Shown: in pieces, positions 28,691-38,252 of the stretch
Layout: each line of letters begins with the position of its first letter
How positions within the stretch are numbered: position 1 is the stretch's first letter
Assembly: GCA_965205045.1 (NCBI GenBank)
Contig: OZ242031.1
Location: 2,268,044 to 2,332,043, forward strand
Direction of reading: 5' to 3'
From: Candidatus Rariloculaceae bacterium
GTDB taxonomy: Bacteria; Pseudomonadota; Gammaproteobacteria; Steroidobacterales; Rariloculaceae
Length of the DNA stretch: 64,000 bases
Made by a program: the position numbers and the translations under genes
Notes under the pieces: generated by a model
What the model was told of the DNA's origin: nothing
The model's input: the letters and a program-made list of their open reading frames with translations, nothing else
Databases searched by the model: none

Positions 28691-30682
28691 GTGAGGCTGG
28701 CCGAAGAAGTAGTCCTCCTGCTGCTGAACGAAGAAAGCGGTTACCTGGAGCATGTCGGAGGGTGGAACATGGCCTGCGCCATCGCGGGCTCCGTGCTGGC
28801 GGACCTGGCGCTGGACTTTCGCATCGACACGGACCTGGATGCCCTCACGCTGCTCGATGCCACCGAAACCGGCGACGAGTTGCTGGATCCCGTGCTGGCG
28901 CAGATTGCCGCGGCGCCGCCCCCGAACCAGAACGCCCAGTATTGGATCGAGAAAACGGCGGGCCGGGCGGATTGGGTGATCGAAACGGTGCTCAACCGGC
29001 TGGTGGAAAACAACATTCTCGACCATGACAGCGGCGGTTTCTGGTCGCTGAACCGCCAGATATCGCGAACCGGCGCGTATCCGCCCACCGGGGGAGTCAC
29101 GAGACAGGAAACGAAGTCGCGGATCTTCAGGGCGATTCTCGATGAAGAGATTCCGGACCCGCGGGACGTTCTCCTCATCAGTCTGGTCGATGCCTGCGAC
29201 GCGTTTCGCCTGCTCCTCACCGACGATGAGTTCGAGCAAGCCCGCGAACGGATCGATCTGATCTGCAGGATGGACATTGTCGGCCAGGCGATCGGCGCAG
29301 CCATCGAAGACAGCAGGGCACGGCCGGCGCCGACCTATGTGTCGCATACCAGGCCGGTCCCCAGGGCCAGCCTGTCGTGGCTGATGGGGAATCGACACTT
29401 GCGGCGGGGCGACTTTTCCCGGCTCATGACGGACGCGTACCGGGAGTACGGCCCGGTGTTCAGGATAGGCACCCCGTTTTCCGACAAGGGCATGGTCGTT
29501 CTCACCGGCCACGAAACCAATACCTGGATCAACCAGAACGGCCGCTACTATTTCCGGTCCCGGGACCACATGTCGGATTTCGAGCAGCTTTACGGTGCAT
29601 CGCGCACGTTGCCGGGGATGGACGGCGCGGAGCACTTCAGGATGCGCAAGTCGCTGCGTGCCGGTTATTCGCGCAAGTTGCTGGAAGCCCGCCTGGACGA
29701 ACTCTACCGGTATTGCCGGACGTCACTTAAGGAATGGCGGGAAGGGGACGAGTTGCCCGCGGCGGCGACCTGCCAGAAGTTGATGAGCGTTCAGGTTTCG
29801 CGCCTCTTCGTGGGCGTGGACACCTCGGATTGCATCGGTGATGTCCTGAAGTACGAGCACCGCTCGCTGATCACTCACGTTCAGGGCGCGTTGCCCAAGT
29901 TCCTGATGAATACCCCGGCAATGAGGAAAAAGCGCCGGGTCATTCTGGATCTGATCGGGAAAATCCACTCTGTGCATACGCCGGCGCAACGAAAGAACAA
30001 GCCGCGCGACCTGGTCGATTCCGTGCTGGACCTGCACGCAGCCGATCCGCAGTTCTTCCCCGAAACGGATGTGGGTTTCCTGTTTGTCGCAACCCTGATC
30101 GCGAGTATCTACCTGGGCAGCGGGCTGAGCTTTGCGGTCTACGGCATGGCCGCCCATCCCGAAATCTACCGAAAGGTGCAGGAGGAGGCTGACGCCCTGT
30201 TTGCCGACGGGGACCCGGACAAGGTTGCCCTGTCCGCGATCGCCGTGGCCAATCGGGTCTACCTGGAATCGCAGCGTCTGTACCCGGTGATCCCGGTACA
30301 ACTGCGGACCGTCATGAACCACCTGGTGCTGCACGGATACGACATACCCAAGGGTACTCGCGTGCTTTTCGGACACACGGCAACGCACCATCTCGAGGAA
30401 TTTTTCGCCGATCCGGGCCGATTCGATATCGACCGGTATGCGCCGCCGCGGGAGGAACACAGGAAAACCGGCGCCTACGTGCCGTTCGGTCTCGGCACGC
30501 ACCGATGCCTGGGGTCGAGGCTGGTGGAACTGCAGATGGCGGTCAACCTGCTGCTGATCGCGCACCGCTTCGATATCAGCGTGGCGCCTTCGGATTACGA
30601 GATGGGGTTCAATCCATTTCCCACGGCCGCGCCCAACAAGAAGCTGAAGTTTCGTATCGACCGGCGCCGCAACAGGTTCTGA
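28691..30682 (+). CDS. GPP34(GOLPH3)-like N-terminal domain fused to cytochrome P450 (paralogue 2)
   Basis: 663 aa, colinear with paralogue 1. MRLAEEVVLLLLNEESGYL...LLDATETGDELLDPVL...GFWSLN...EIPDPRDV. ExxR (ESQR) and Cys loop FGLGTHRCLG. The I-helix reads ASIYLG with no Thr. Confidence 0.85.
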   Translation: MRLAEEVVLLLLNEESGYLEHVGGWNMACAIAGSVLADLALDFRIDTDLDALTLLDATETGDELLDPVLAQIAAAPPPNQNAQYWIEKTAGRADWVIETVLNRLVENNILDHDSGGFWSLNRQISRTGAYPPTGGVTRQETKSRIFRAILDEEIPDPRDVLLISLVDACDAFRLLLTDDEFEQARERIDLICRMDIVGQAIGAAIEDSRARPAPTYVSHTRPVPRASLSWLMGNRHLRRGDFSRLMTDAYREYGPVFRIGTPFSDKGMVVLTGHETNTWINQNGRYYFRSRDHMSDFEQLYGASRTLPGMDGAEHFRMRKSLRAGYSRKLLEARLDELYRYCRTSLKEWREGDELPAAATCQKLMSVQVSRLFVGVDTSDCIGDVLKYEHRSLITHVQGALPKFLMNTPAMRKKRRVILDLIGKIHSVHTPAQRKNKPRDLVDSVLDLHAADPQFFPETDVGFLFVATLIASIYLGSGLSFAVYGMAAHPEIYRKVQEEADALFADGDPDKVALSAIAVANRVYLESQRLYPVIPVQLRTVMNHLVLHGYDIPKGTRVLFGHTATHHLEEFFADPGRFDIDRYAPPREEHRKTGAYVPFGLGTHRCLGSRLVELQMAVNLLLIAHRFDISVAPSDYEMGFNPFPTAAPNKKLKFRIDRRRNRF

Positions 30683-30738
30683 CGGCGGAACGCCCCGAGT
30701 ATCGCTGTGCCCCGCGTACTCCGTCCGATGCAATCCGG

Positions 30739-33700
30739 TCAACCCTGAATTTCCACCTGCGCGGGGGCCAACGGAGCGCTGTTCCCACGGCGCGGCAGCG
30801 TCACGCTCAGGTGGAGCATGGAGATCGCGGGCACCACCATCATCAGTATCGCCGTGGTGACCATGATGCCGATTCCGAGCGAGGCCGCAAACGGCATCAG
30901 GAACTGCGCCTGGATGGCGCGTTCGAGAATCAGGGGCGTGAAGCCCATGAAGGTGGTCACGGAGGTGAGCAGGATCGGGCGAAATCGTCCCTTGGCTCCG
31001 TCGATGATCGCGGTCCGCGCTGTCGCGTTCTCCCGCAGGCGTTGATCGATGAAGTCGATCATCACCAGGGAATCGTTCACGACGACGCCGCTGAGCCCCA
31101 GGATACCCATGATCGCGGTAGCGCTGAAGGCGAGGCCCAGGATCAGGTGGCCAAAGATCACCCCGACCACCCCGAAGGGGATGACCGCCATGACGATGAA
31201 CGGTTTGGTGTAGGAGCGCAGCGGTATCGCCAGCAGCGCGAATATCATCAGCATGGCGACCGCGAATCCGCGGTACAGCGCGCCCAGGGACTGGACCTGC
31301 TGCTGCTGTTCGCCGCCGATCATGTAGGTCAGGCCGGGGTTCGCCGCGGTGAGATCCGCCAGAATCGATTCGGTCAGGATGCTGTTGGCCTCGCCGCCGG
31401 AGATCACCGCTGTATCCACGTCCGCCGTGACCGTGACGACCCGCTCGCCGTCGCGGCGCGAGATCGCCGGCGGCGAAATGCCGGACTCCAGCCGGGCCAC
31501 CTGACTCAGCGGAAGTTCGGCGCCGCCGGGTGTCCGGATCAGGTATCCCTCGATGTCGGTGATGGCATTGCGCTCTTCGGTCGGGAGGCGCACGAAGGCG
31601 CGCACTTCTTCGGCGCCCCGCTGCACCCGCACGGCCTCGGCGCCGAAGATCGCCGCGCGGGTCTGCAGCGCCAGATCCTCCAGGGTAAGCCCCAGCGTAC
31701 GCGCCTCGGGCCGTAACTCGAGCTGGATCTCCCGCACGCCCGGCGTGTGATCGGAACGCACGTCGAAGACGCCCCGCACGCTGCGCAGGCCGTTGACCAC
31801 GGAGTTGGCGGCCTCCGCGAGGCGATCCGGATCCGGGTGGGAAAGCAGGACCTCGACGGGATTGCCCAGGTCGATGACCTGGCCGCTCAGGGTGATGCCG
31901 CGCACGTAGGGCAGCACGCCCAGTTCCTCCCGCCAGGCCTGCACCACTTCGATGGTCCCGATCTCCCGTTGCTGCGCGCCCAGCAACTTGAACTCGACGG
32001 TGGCGATGTTGGCTTCGGGATTCAGCGTCGGGTCCGGCGCGAGTCCGCCGCCCTCGACACGCGGCCGCATGCCGACCGTCACCGTGACCCCGGAGAGCAG
32101 GGGAGGCGCATCCGCCGGACGATCCCGCGACAGCCGTTCGATGGCCCTGTGCCCGGCGGCCTCCAGTTCCCGGGCCACCTCGTAGGTGCGCTGCGCCGTG
32201 GTGCCGTCGGGCATCTCCAGGCTCGCCGTCACGAAGTCGCCCTCCACCACGTCCGCGAATGTCGTCTGCACGATTCCCGCCGGCAGCAGCGATATGCTCA
32301 CGATGAGCAGGCCGATGGCCCCGGCGACGGTCGCCAGCGGCTGCCCGGTCGCGAAGTGCAGCGCCCGGTCCAGCGGGCCGTCGATGAAGCGCTTGAGGCT
32401 GCGGTCGACGAAGCCCTGGGTCGTTGCGAAGAACCGGTCGACCCGGTTCTCCGGCGCCCACTCGGGACCGGGAATGTGCGACAGGTGGTTGGGCAGGATC
32501 AGCAGCGACTCCACCAGGGAAATCAGCAGCATGCCGATGACGATGATCGGCAGCGCCCGCCATATCTCCCCGATGCCGCCGGGTATGTAGAGCAGCGGGA
32601 AGAAGGCCGCGATGGAGGTCAGTACCGCGAACGTCAGCGGGACCTTGATGCGGCGCGCGCCGCGGATGGCCGCGGCGACGCCCGGCGTGCCCCGTTTTCG
32701 TTCCTGGTGGACATGCTCGGCCACCACGATGGCGTCGTCGACAATGATGCCGATGGCCAGGACGAAGACGAACAGCGAGATGGTGTTGATGGCGATGTCC
32801 ATCGCCAGCATCACCGACAGCACGCCGACAAACGTGACGATCAGCCCCAGCGTCACCCAGATCGCGAGCCGGATCTCCAGAAACAGGGCCAGCACGACGA
32901 ACACCAGCAACAGTCCCAGCCCGCCGTTCTTGAGCAGCAGGTTGACGCGCTCGGAGTACGTTTGGGAGTCGTCGTTCCAGACGGTCACGCCGGCGCCTTC
33001 GGGCAGGGACGGGACGATGACGTCGGCCAGGTGTTCGTGCACGGCGTCGGCCACATCCATCACCTGTTCGCCCTCCACCCGGTGGACCTCGACGAAGACC
33101 GCCGGCTGGTTCTGGTGGCGGATGATCAGGTCGATGTCCTGGAATTCGTCGTGCACTACGGCGATATCGCTCAGCCGCACCACCGTGCCGTCGCCGCGGC
33201 TGAGCACGACGATGTCCTCGAAGTCCTGCTGGTTGTAACGCTGGCCCAGGGTGCGTACGCGCACCTGGGAGTCGCGCGTGTCGATGCTGCCGGCGGACAG
33301 TTCGAGGGACCCGCGGCGAACGGCGTTGGCGATGTCCTGAAGAGTCAGCCCGAGGGCGCGCAGACGGTGCGAGGGCACTTCGATGGAGATCTCGTACTGG
33401 CGCGCGCCGCTGGTTTCCACCAGGGAGACGGTGGGCAGCGACGCCAGTTCGTCTTCGATCCGGTACGCCAGTTCCTTCAGGGAACGCTCGGAAATGTCGC
33501 CATACACGATCAGGCGAATGACGCTCTGGCTGTTGGTCATTTCCCGGATTTCGGCGCGCTCGGCGCCGGCGGGGAAGGTCTGGATGCGCGCCACGGCGGA
33601 CTCGATGTCGTCGATGGCCTGGCGCATGTCCGTACCCGACCGCACCTCGATCCTTACCGAGGCGACGCCCGGGGCGGCGACGGACTTGACCGCGATGACG

Positions 33701-33960
33701 CCGTCCAGCGAACTGACCTGCTCCTCGATCTTGACGACGATGGACTCCTCCACCTCGTCCGGAGTGGCCCCCGGATAGGCCATGGTGACTTCCACGTGGT
33801 TGAAGGGCACCGACGGCCACGCTTCCCTTTCCAGGCCGGTGAGCGATACCAGGCCTCCGGCCAGCAGGGCGAACATGAGCAGGTTGGCGGCAACCCCGTT
33901 GCTCGCCATGTAGGCGATCGGACCGCCAGGCTCGCCGGAATAGTCGTCGTTCGGGCTCAT
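30739..33960 (-). CDS. RND efflux permease (AcrB/HAE-type)
   Basis: 1073 aa with 12-TM/two-large-loop RND organisation. Conserved TM4 region AIGIIVDDAIVVAEHV. Confidence 0.93.
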   Translation of the reverse strand: MSPNDDYSGEPGGPIAYMASNGVAANLLMFALLAGGLVSLTGLEREAWPSVPFNHVEVTMAYPGATPDEVEESIVVKIEEQVSSLDGVIAVKSVAAPGVASVRIEVRSGTDMRQAIDDIESAVARIQTFPAGAERAEIREMTNSQSVIRLIVYGDISERSLKELAYRIEDELASLPTVSLVETSGARQYEISIEVPSHRLRALGLTLQDIANAVRRGSLELSAGSIDTRDSQVRVRTLGQRYNQQDFEDIVVLSRGDGTVVRLSDIAVVHDEFQDIDLIIRHQNQPAVFVEVHRVEGEQVMDVADAVHEHLADVIVPSLPEGAGVTVWNDDSQTYSERVNLLLKNGGLGLLLVFVVLALFLEIRLAIWVTLGLIVTFVGVLSVMLAMDIAINTISLFVFVLAIGIIVDDAIVVAEHVHQERKRGTPGVAAAIRGARRIKVPLTFAVLTSIAAFFPLLYIPGGIGEIWRALPIIVIGMLLISLVESLLILPNHLSHIPGPEWAPENRVDRFFATTQGFVDRSLKRFIDGPLDRALHFATGQPLATVAGAIGLLIVSISLLPAGIVQTTFADVVEGDFVTASLEMPDGTTAQRTYEVARELEAAGHRAIERLSRDRPADAPPLLSGVTVTVGMRPRVEGGGLAPDPTLNPEANIATVEFKLLGAQQREIGTIEVVQAWREELGVLPYVRGITLSGQVIDLGNPVEVLLSHPDPDRLAEAANSVVNGLRSVRGVFDVRSDHTPGVREIQLELRPEARTLGLTLEDLALQTRAAIFGAEAVRVQRGAEEVRAFVRLPTEERNAITDIEGYLIRTPGGAELPLSQVARLESGISPPAISRRDGERVVTVTADVDTAVISGGEANSILTESILADLTAANPGLTYMIGGEQQQQVQSLGALYRGFAVAMLMIFALLAIPLRSYTKPFIVMAVIPFGVVGVIFGHLILGLAFSATAIMGILGLSGVVVNDSLVMIDFIDQRLRENATARTAIIDGAKGRFRPILLTSVTTFMGFTPLILERAIQAQFLMPFAASLGIGIMVTTAILMMVVPAISMLHLSVTLPRRGNSAPLAPAQVEIQG

Positions 33961-35171
33961 GGGCCCGGAGCGGCTCCGGTGCGCACGAGCATGCCGTCGG
34001 TGGCGAACTGGATGCCGCCGGTGATCGCCGCCTGGCCGTCTACCAGGGCGCCGGTCACGTAGACTTCATCGTCGCCGCGCTGCAGCGCGCGCACCGGGAC
34101 GATGGTCACGGCCCCGCTGTCGTCCACGGCCCAGATCTCGTTGCCGGGTTGCAGCGCGGCGCGCCGGACGCGGAAGTAGCTCTGCGGCGCCAGCCCCTGG
34201 ATTTCCACGTCCACGAACTTGCCCACCAGCAGGGGTGGAGTGCTGTCGAGCGCCGTCGCCACGCCCGCCGGTGTGCCCGCGGTGAAGGGATCCGGTACCC
34301 GCACGATCACGTCGATGGTCCGGGACTGCTCGTCCAGCGATGCCTCGGCCCGGTCCACGTAACCGTCCCAGGCATAGCGGATGTCGCCGTACTCGGCGAT
34401 CACTCGGGCTGCGATGCGCTGACCGGCATCGCCGGCGCGCTGGTCCCAGAGGCCCGGGATCAGCGCCGCGTTGGCGTCCGAGAGCGGCGCGACCACCTCG
34501 ACGGCGTCGGCGGCAAACAGTCGTCCCACCGGCTGGCCGGGCGCCACGAACTGGCCCACGTCCACCGATTCGTCTCGGACATAGCCGTTGAAGGGTGCGT
34601 TCACGCGGGTGCGGGCGACGGCCAGGTTGGCCTCGGCGACCCGCGCTTCGTCGCGGTCGAGCGCCGCCCGGGCGGCATTGAGCTGAGGTTCGCGCAACGC
34701 CAGCGGGCTGGCCTCGGACAGCGGGATCGAACCCGGCTCCTGTTCCGCGTAGCGTTCGTATTCGGCCCGGGCGATCGCCGCTTCCTCCTGGGCCTCCAGG
34801 AACGCCACCTGCCGGTCGGCGAGGGTGGCTTCGGCTTCCCGGAGCCGCACGACGTAGTCCTCCTCCTCGATCCGGAACAGGGTCTGGCCGGCGTCGAACC
34901 GCCCGCCGCTCCGGAAAGCGGGATCCACCCACGCGACCCGTCCGCCCACCTGCGGGGTGATGGCGACCTCCGCGCTGGGCCGCACCGTCCCGGCGCCGAA
35001 GACGGGGATCGGCCCCGAACCGGCGGCGACCGCGGCGGTCGTCACGAACGGCAATTGGGACGGCGGCTCGAGGCGCTCCGGTTCCGGCGCCAGCGATACC
35101 AGGAGGACCGCCACCGCCACGGCGCCGGCGACAATCCCCAGTGCGATCAATACACTTCCGATTCTGCGCAA
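33957..35171 (-). CDS. RND efflux periplasmic adaptor (membrane fusion protein)
   Basis: N-terminal TM, coiled-coil hairpin and beta-barrel pattern. 4-bp overlap with the RND gene. Start placed at TTG 35171, 4 nt after the OMF stop, so the start is uncertain. Confidence 0.8.
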   Translation of the reverse strand: MRRIGSVLIALGIVAGAVAVAVLLVSLAPEPERLEPPSQLPFVTTAAVAAGSGPIPVFGAGTVRPSAEVAITPQVGGRVAWVDPAFRSGGRFDAGQTLFRIEEEDYVVRLREAEATLADRQVAFLEAQEEAAIARAEYERYAEQEPGSIPLSEASPLALREPQLNAARAALDRDEARVAEANLAVARTRVNAPFNGYVRDESVDVGQFVAPGQPVGRLFAADAVEVVAPLSDANAALIPGLWDQRAGDAGQRIAARVIAEYGDIRYAWDGYVDRAEASLDEQSRTIDVIVRVPDPFTAGTPAGVATALDSTPPLLVGKFVDVEIQGLAPQSYFRVRRAALQPGNEIWAVDDSGAVTIVPVRALQRGDDEVYVTGALVDGQAAITGGIQFATDGMLVRTGAAPGP

Positions 35172-35175
35172 GGCC

Positions 35176-36711
35176 TTACTCCGTTGCCGTCCACGCGCCG
35201 CCCAAGGCGCGGTGCAGCGCCAGGCGGGCGAAGCCGAGATCGCGTTCCGCCGCCGCCAGCGCCGAGTTTGCGCTGACCAGGGTCCGGGATGCAACCAGGT
35301 AGTTGGCGTAGTCCGTGACGCCGGAGACGTAGCGCCGCTCCTGCAGCGCCGCCTCGGTGCGGGCGTCTTCCGCCAGCGAGGCGATCAGGGCGTGGCGGCG
35401 GAGACTGCCGTCCCACCCCGCCAGCGCCGCCTCGACCTCGTTGACCGCGGTCACCACGGCGCGCCCGTATGCCGCGGCGGATTCGTCAAGCTGGGCTTCG
35501 GCCAGCGCGAGGTTGCTCTGCAGCCGCGTGCCCTGAAATGCCGGCGCGAGCAGGTTGACGGTCAGGTTCTGGAACCACTGGTCCGGATCGAACCAGTCGC
35601 CGGTGTCCGTGCCCTGCAGGCCGATGGTGCCGGAGAGGGACAATGAAGGCAGCAATTCCGCGCGCCGGGCGCCGACCATGTAGCGGGAGGCCTCCATGCG
35701 CTGGCGTGCGGCGCTGACGTCGGGCCGCTGCTCGAGCAGGTCGGCCGGCACGCCGGCCGGGACGGCTTCTAGCGCCGGGGTGGGCGCCAGGGCATCGGGA
35801 AGAATGCCCGCCAGGTCGTCGCGGTAGCCGCCCAGCAGCACCCAGAGCCGGCCTTCGGCATCAGCCAGCGCCGCTTCGATGGGCGGCAGCTCCGCCTCGG
35901 CGGCGCGAAGGTTTCGACGTGCGGTGTAGAGACCTCGTGCGTCGACCAGGCCGCCGTCATAGCGTGAGGATTGCTGTTGTTCCAGTTCCTGCAGGATCCT
36001 TGCGCTTTCGCCGGCCAGGCTGCGCTGACGCCGCAGGTCGGCGATCTCCAGGTACGTGGCCACGGTTTCGGCGAGGACCCCGATGCGGGCGGCCCGCAGG
36101 TCCGACTCCGAAGCGAGGCGCTGGGCCCCGGCGGCGCGGGCGGCGTTGCGGTTGCGGCCCCAGAAGTCGGCTTCGTAGGCAAAGGCCCCGCCCAGCGAGT
36201 AGGTGGTCAGGCCGATCGCTTCCGGAAGGTCGATGCCGAAGGCAGCGTAGGTTTCGTCGTCCAGCCCCAGTTCCTCAAGCTGCGCGCCGATGCCGGCGTT
36301 GGTGGGCGTCTCGAAGTCGTTGCTGCCGATGGACGGGTTGATCAGCGGGAATGCGGGGGCGTTGGCGATGCGCGCCCTGGCGCGGGCCTGGTCCACCCGG
36401 GCCACCGCCGCCGCCAGGTCGAAGTTCGAATCCAGCACCGCGTCGACGATGCGGTCCAGGACCGGGTCGTCGAACGATTTCCACCATTCAAACGGCTCGT
36501 GGGAACCTGTATCGGCGACTGCTGAAAATGCATCGCCCAGGTCGGTCGCCGATTCCGAAATCGGCGGCGTCGGAAGCATGGAACAGGCTGCAAGACAAGC
36601 CCCGGCGAGTACCGGAAAGAGCGGCAAAGCCACTGCATTATCGGGCAAATTCAATGATTTACGATTCAATCTTGCGGGGAGGAATTCTAACACCTGACCC
36701 GGCGCGCGCAA
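35176..36711 (-). CDS. outer-membrane efflux lipoprotein (NodT/OMF family)
   Basis: Lipobox LAGACLAAC|S. Two-repeat OMF helical pattern. First gene of the OMF-MFP-RND operon. The true start may lie downstream of 36711. Confidence 0.85.
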   Translation of the reverse strand: MRAPGQVLEFLPARLNRKSLNLPDNAVALPLFPVLAGACLAACSMLPTPPISESATDLGDAFSAVADTGSHEPFEWWKSFDDPVLDRIVDAVLDSNFDLAAAVARVDQARARARIANAPAFPLINPSIGSNDFETPTNAGIGAQLEELGLDDETYAAFGIDLPEAIGLTTYSLGGAFAYEADFWGRNRNAARAAGAQRLASESDLRAARIGVLAETVATYLEIADLRRQRSLAGESARILQELEQQQSSRYDGGLVDARGLYTARRNLRAAEAELPPIEAALADAEGRLWVLLGGYRDDLAGILPDALAPTPALEAVPAGVPADLLEQRPDVSAARQRMEASRYMVGARRAELLPSLSLSGTIGLQGTDTGDWFDPDQWFQNLTVNLLAPAFQGTRLQSNLALAEAQLDESAAAYGRAVVTAVNEVEAALAGWDGSLRRHALIASLAEDARTEAALQERRYVSGVTDYANYLVASRTLVSANSALAAAERDLGFARLALHRALGGAWTATE

Positions 36712-36755
36712 ATCGGCCGCGCACGGGAGTCAGGCCGGCGCCGTGGCGCGGTCGC

Positions 36756-36827
36756 GCGGCTCGGCGCGGGACCATTGCCGCGGGCTGCCGGGCGGCTCGG
36801 CGCGGGACCAACGCCGCGGGTTACCGG
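36756..36827. repeat. 36-bp tandem duplication (2 copies, 5 mismatches) spanning the trkA stop codon
   Basis: gcggctcggcgcgggaccattgccgcgggctgccgg (36756-36791) versus gcggctcggcgcgggaccaacgccgcgggttaccgg (36792-36827). Confidence 0.9.
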
Positions 36828-38188
36828 GCGGCCTCGAAGAGCCGTTCCACTTCGTCGATCTGCCGGCGGTCGGCGACGAACAGGATGACGTGATCGTCCT
36901 CCTCGATCACCGTGTCGTGGTGGGCCATCAGCACGTCCTCGCCGCGAACGATCGCGCTGATCGTCGCGCCCCGGGGCAGCCGGATGTCCTCGATGGCGCG
37001 GCCGACGACCCGGGATTCGCGGATGTCGCCGTGGGCGACGGCTTCGATCGCCTCCGCGGCCCCGTGACGCAGCGAGTGCACCTTGACCACGTCGCCCTTG
37101 CGAACATGGGCCAGCAGGGAACCCAGCGTGATCTGTTGCGGGGAAATGGCGATGTCGATCATCCCTGTGGCGGCCAGATCGGCGTACGCAGGCTTGTTGA
37201 TCAGCGCCATGACCTTGTTGGCTCCGATTCTCCTGGCGAGCATGGCGGACAGAATGTTGGCTTCCTCGGCATTGGTCACGGCGACGAAGACGTCGGCGCG
37301 GTCGATATTCTCCTCCAGCAACAGGTTTTCGTCGGTTGCGTCGCCGTGCAGCACGATGGCCTTGTCCAGCCGCTCCGAGATGCGCCGCGCCCGCTGGTAA
37401 CCGCGCTCGATGACCTTCACCTGGTTGGAATTCTCCAGCGCGGCGGCCAGCCGCATGCCGATGTTGCCGCCGCCGGCGATGACGACACGCCGGATGGGGT
37501 CCTCCTGCCCGCGTACCTCGCTGAGCACGGCCTGGATGTCCTTGCGGGCGGCGACGAAAAAGACCTCGTCGTCCTCCCTGACCACGGTATCCCCATCCGG
37601 CAGGATGCTCTTGCCGTCCCGGTAGATCGCGGCGACACGGCACTCGACGTTGGGAATGTGCTCCGGGAGTTCGCGGATCGGCCGATTGATCAGGGCGCCC
37701 CCTTCGCGGGCCCGGGCCGCCACCAGTCTGACGCGGCCCTCGGAGAACTCCAGGACCTGCAGCGCCCCCGGAAAGTCGATGAGTTCATCTATATGGGCCG
37801 TGACCAGTTGCGCCGGGCTGATGATGATATCCACCGGTATGCCGTCGGGCCGGAACAGCGAGCGGTGCATGGCGTACTCGCGAGAGCGGATTCTTGCGAT
37901 CTTGCGCGGCGTTTCGAACAGGCTTCCGGCCACCTGGCAGGCCACCATGTTGATCTCGTCGCTGTTGGTCAGCGCGATGATCATTTCCGCTTCGCCCGCG
38001 CCGGCCCGCTCGAGAACGTCGGGGTGGGCGGCGTGGCCGAGGACGGTGCGCGCATCGAGGCGCTCCTGGAACTCGCGCAGCTTGTCCGGGTTGCGGTCGA
38101 CGATGGTGACCTCGTTGGCCTCCTCCCGGGCCAGACTGTAGGCCGCCGTGGTACCGACCTGTCCCGCACCCAGAATCAGGATCTTCAT
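36821..38188 (-). CDS. trkA: Trk-type K+ uptake NAD-binding peripheral subunit
   Basis: 455 aa with two Rossmann/RCK repeats (MKILILGAGQVGTT... and VVIAGGGNIGMRLA...). Confidence 0.93.
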   Translation of the reverse strand: MKILILGAGQVGTTAAYSLAREEANEVTIVDRNPDKLREFQERLDARTVLGHAAHPDVLERAGAGEAEMIIALTNSDEINMVACQVAGSLFETPRKIARIRSREYAMHRSLFRPDGIPVDIIISPAQLVTAHIDELIDFPGALQVLEFSEGRVRLVAARAREGGALINRPIRELPEHIPNVECRVAAIYRDGKSILPDGDTVVREDDEVFFVAARKDIQAVLSEVRGQEDPIRRVVIAGGGNIGMRLAAALENSNQVKVIERGYQRARRISERLDKAIVLHGDATDENLLLEENIDRADVFVAVTNAEEANILSAMLARRIGANKVMALINKPAYADLAATGMIDIAISPQQITLGSLLAHVRKGDVVKVHSLRHGAAEAIEAVAHGDIRESRVVGRAIEDIRLPRGATISAIVRGEDVLMAHHDTVIEEDDHVILFVADRRQIDEVERLFEAAR

Positions 38189-38252
38189 AGTGGGATGACG
38201 CGTGAATCGGCGTTGGGGCCTGCGTTCTCGGATCGGGAAACCGGACCCTAGT

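Noticed and set aside
29723-33820. 1365-aa ORF on the - strand, together with 31747-34062 on the + strand. The same applies to 38202-41549 (+), 215-1387 (-), 1912-2844 (-), 20641-21525 (-) and similar ORFs.
   Set aside because: These are shadow frames of the RND, P450, uvrD/cyoE and cox genes. They have extreme Arg/Gly/Pro/His content and no motifs. The alternative frames carry unmistakable conserved proteins.
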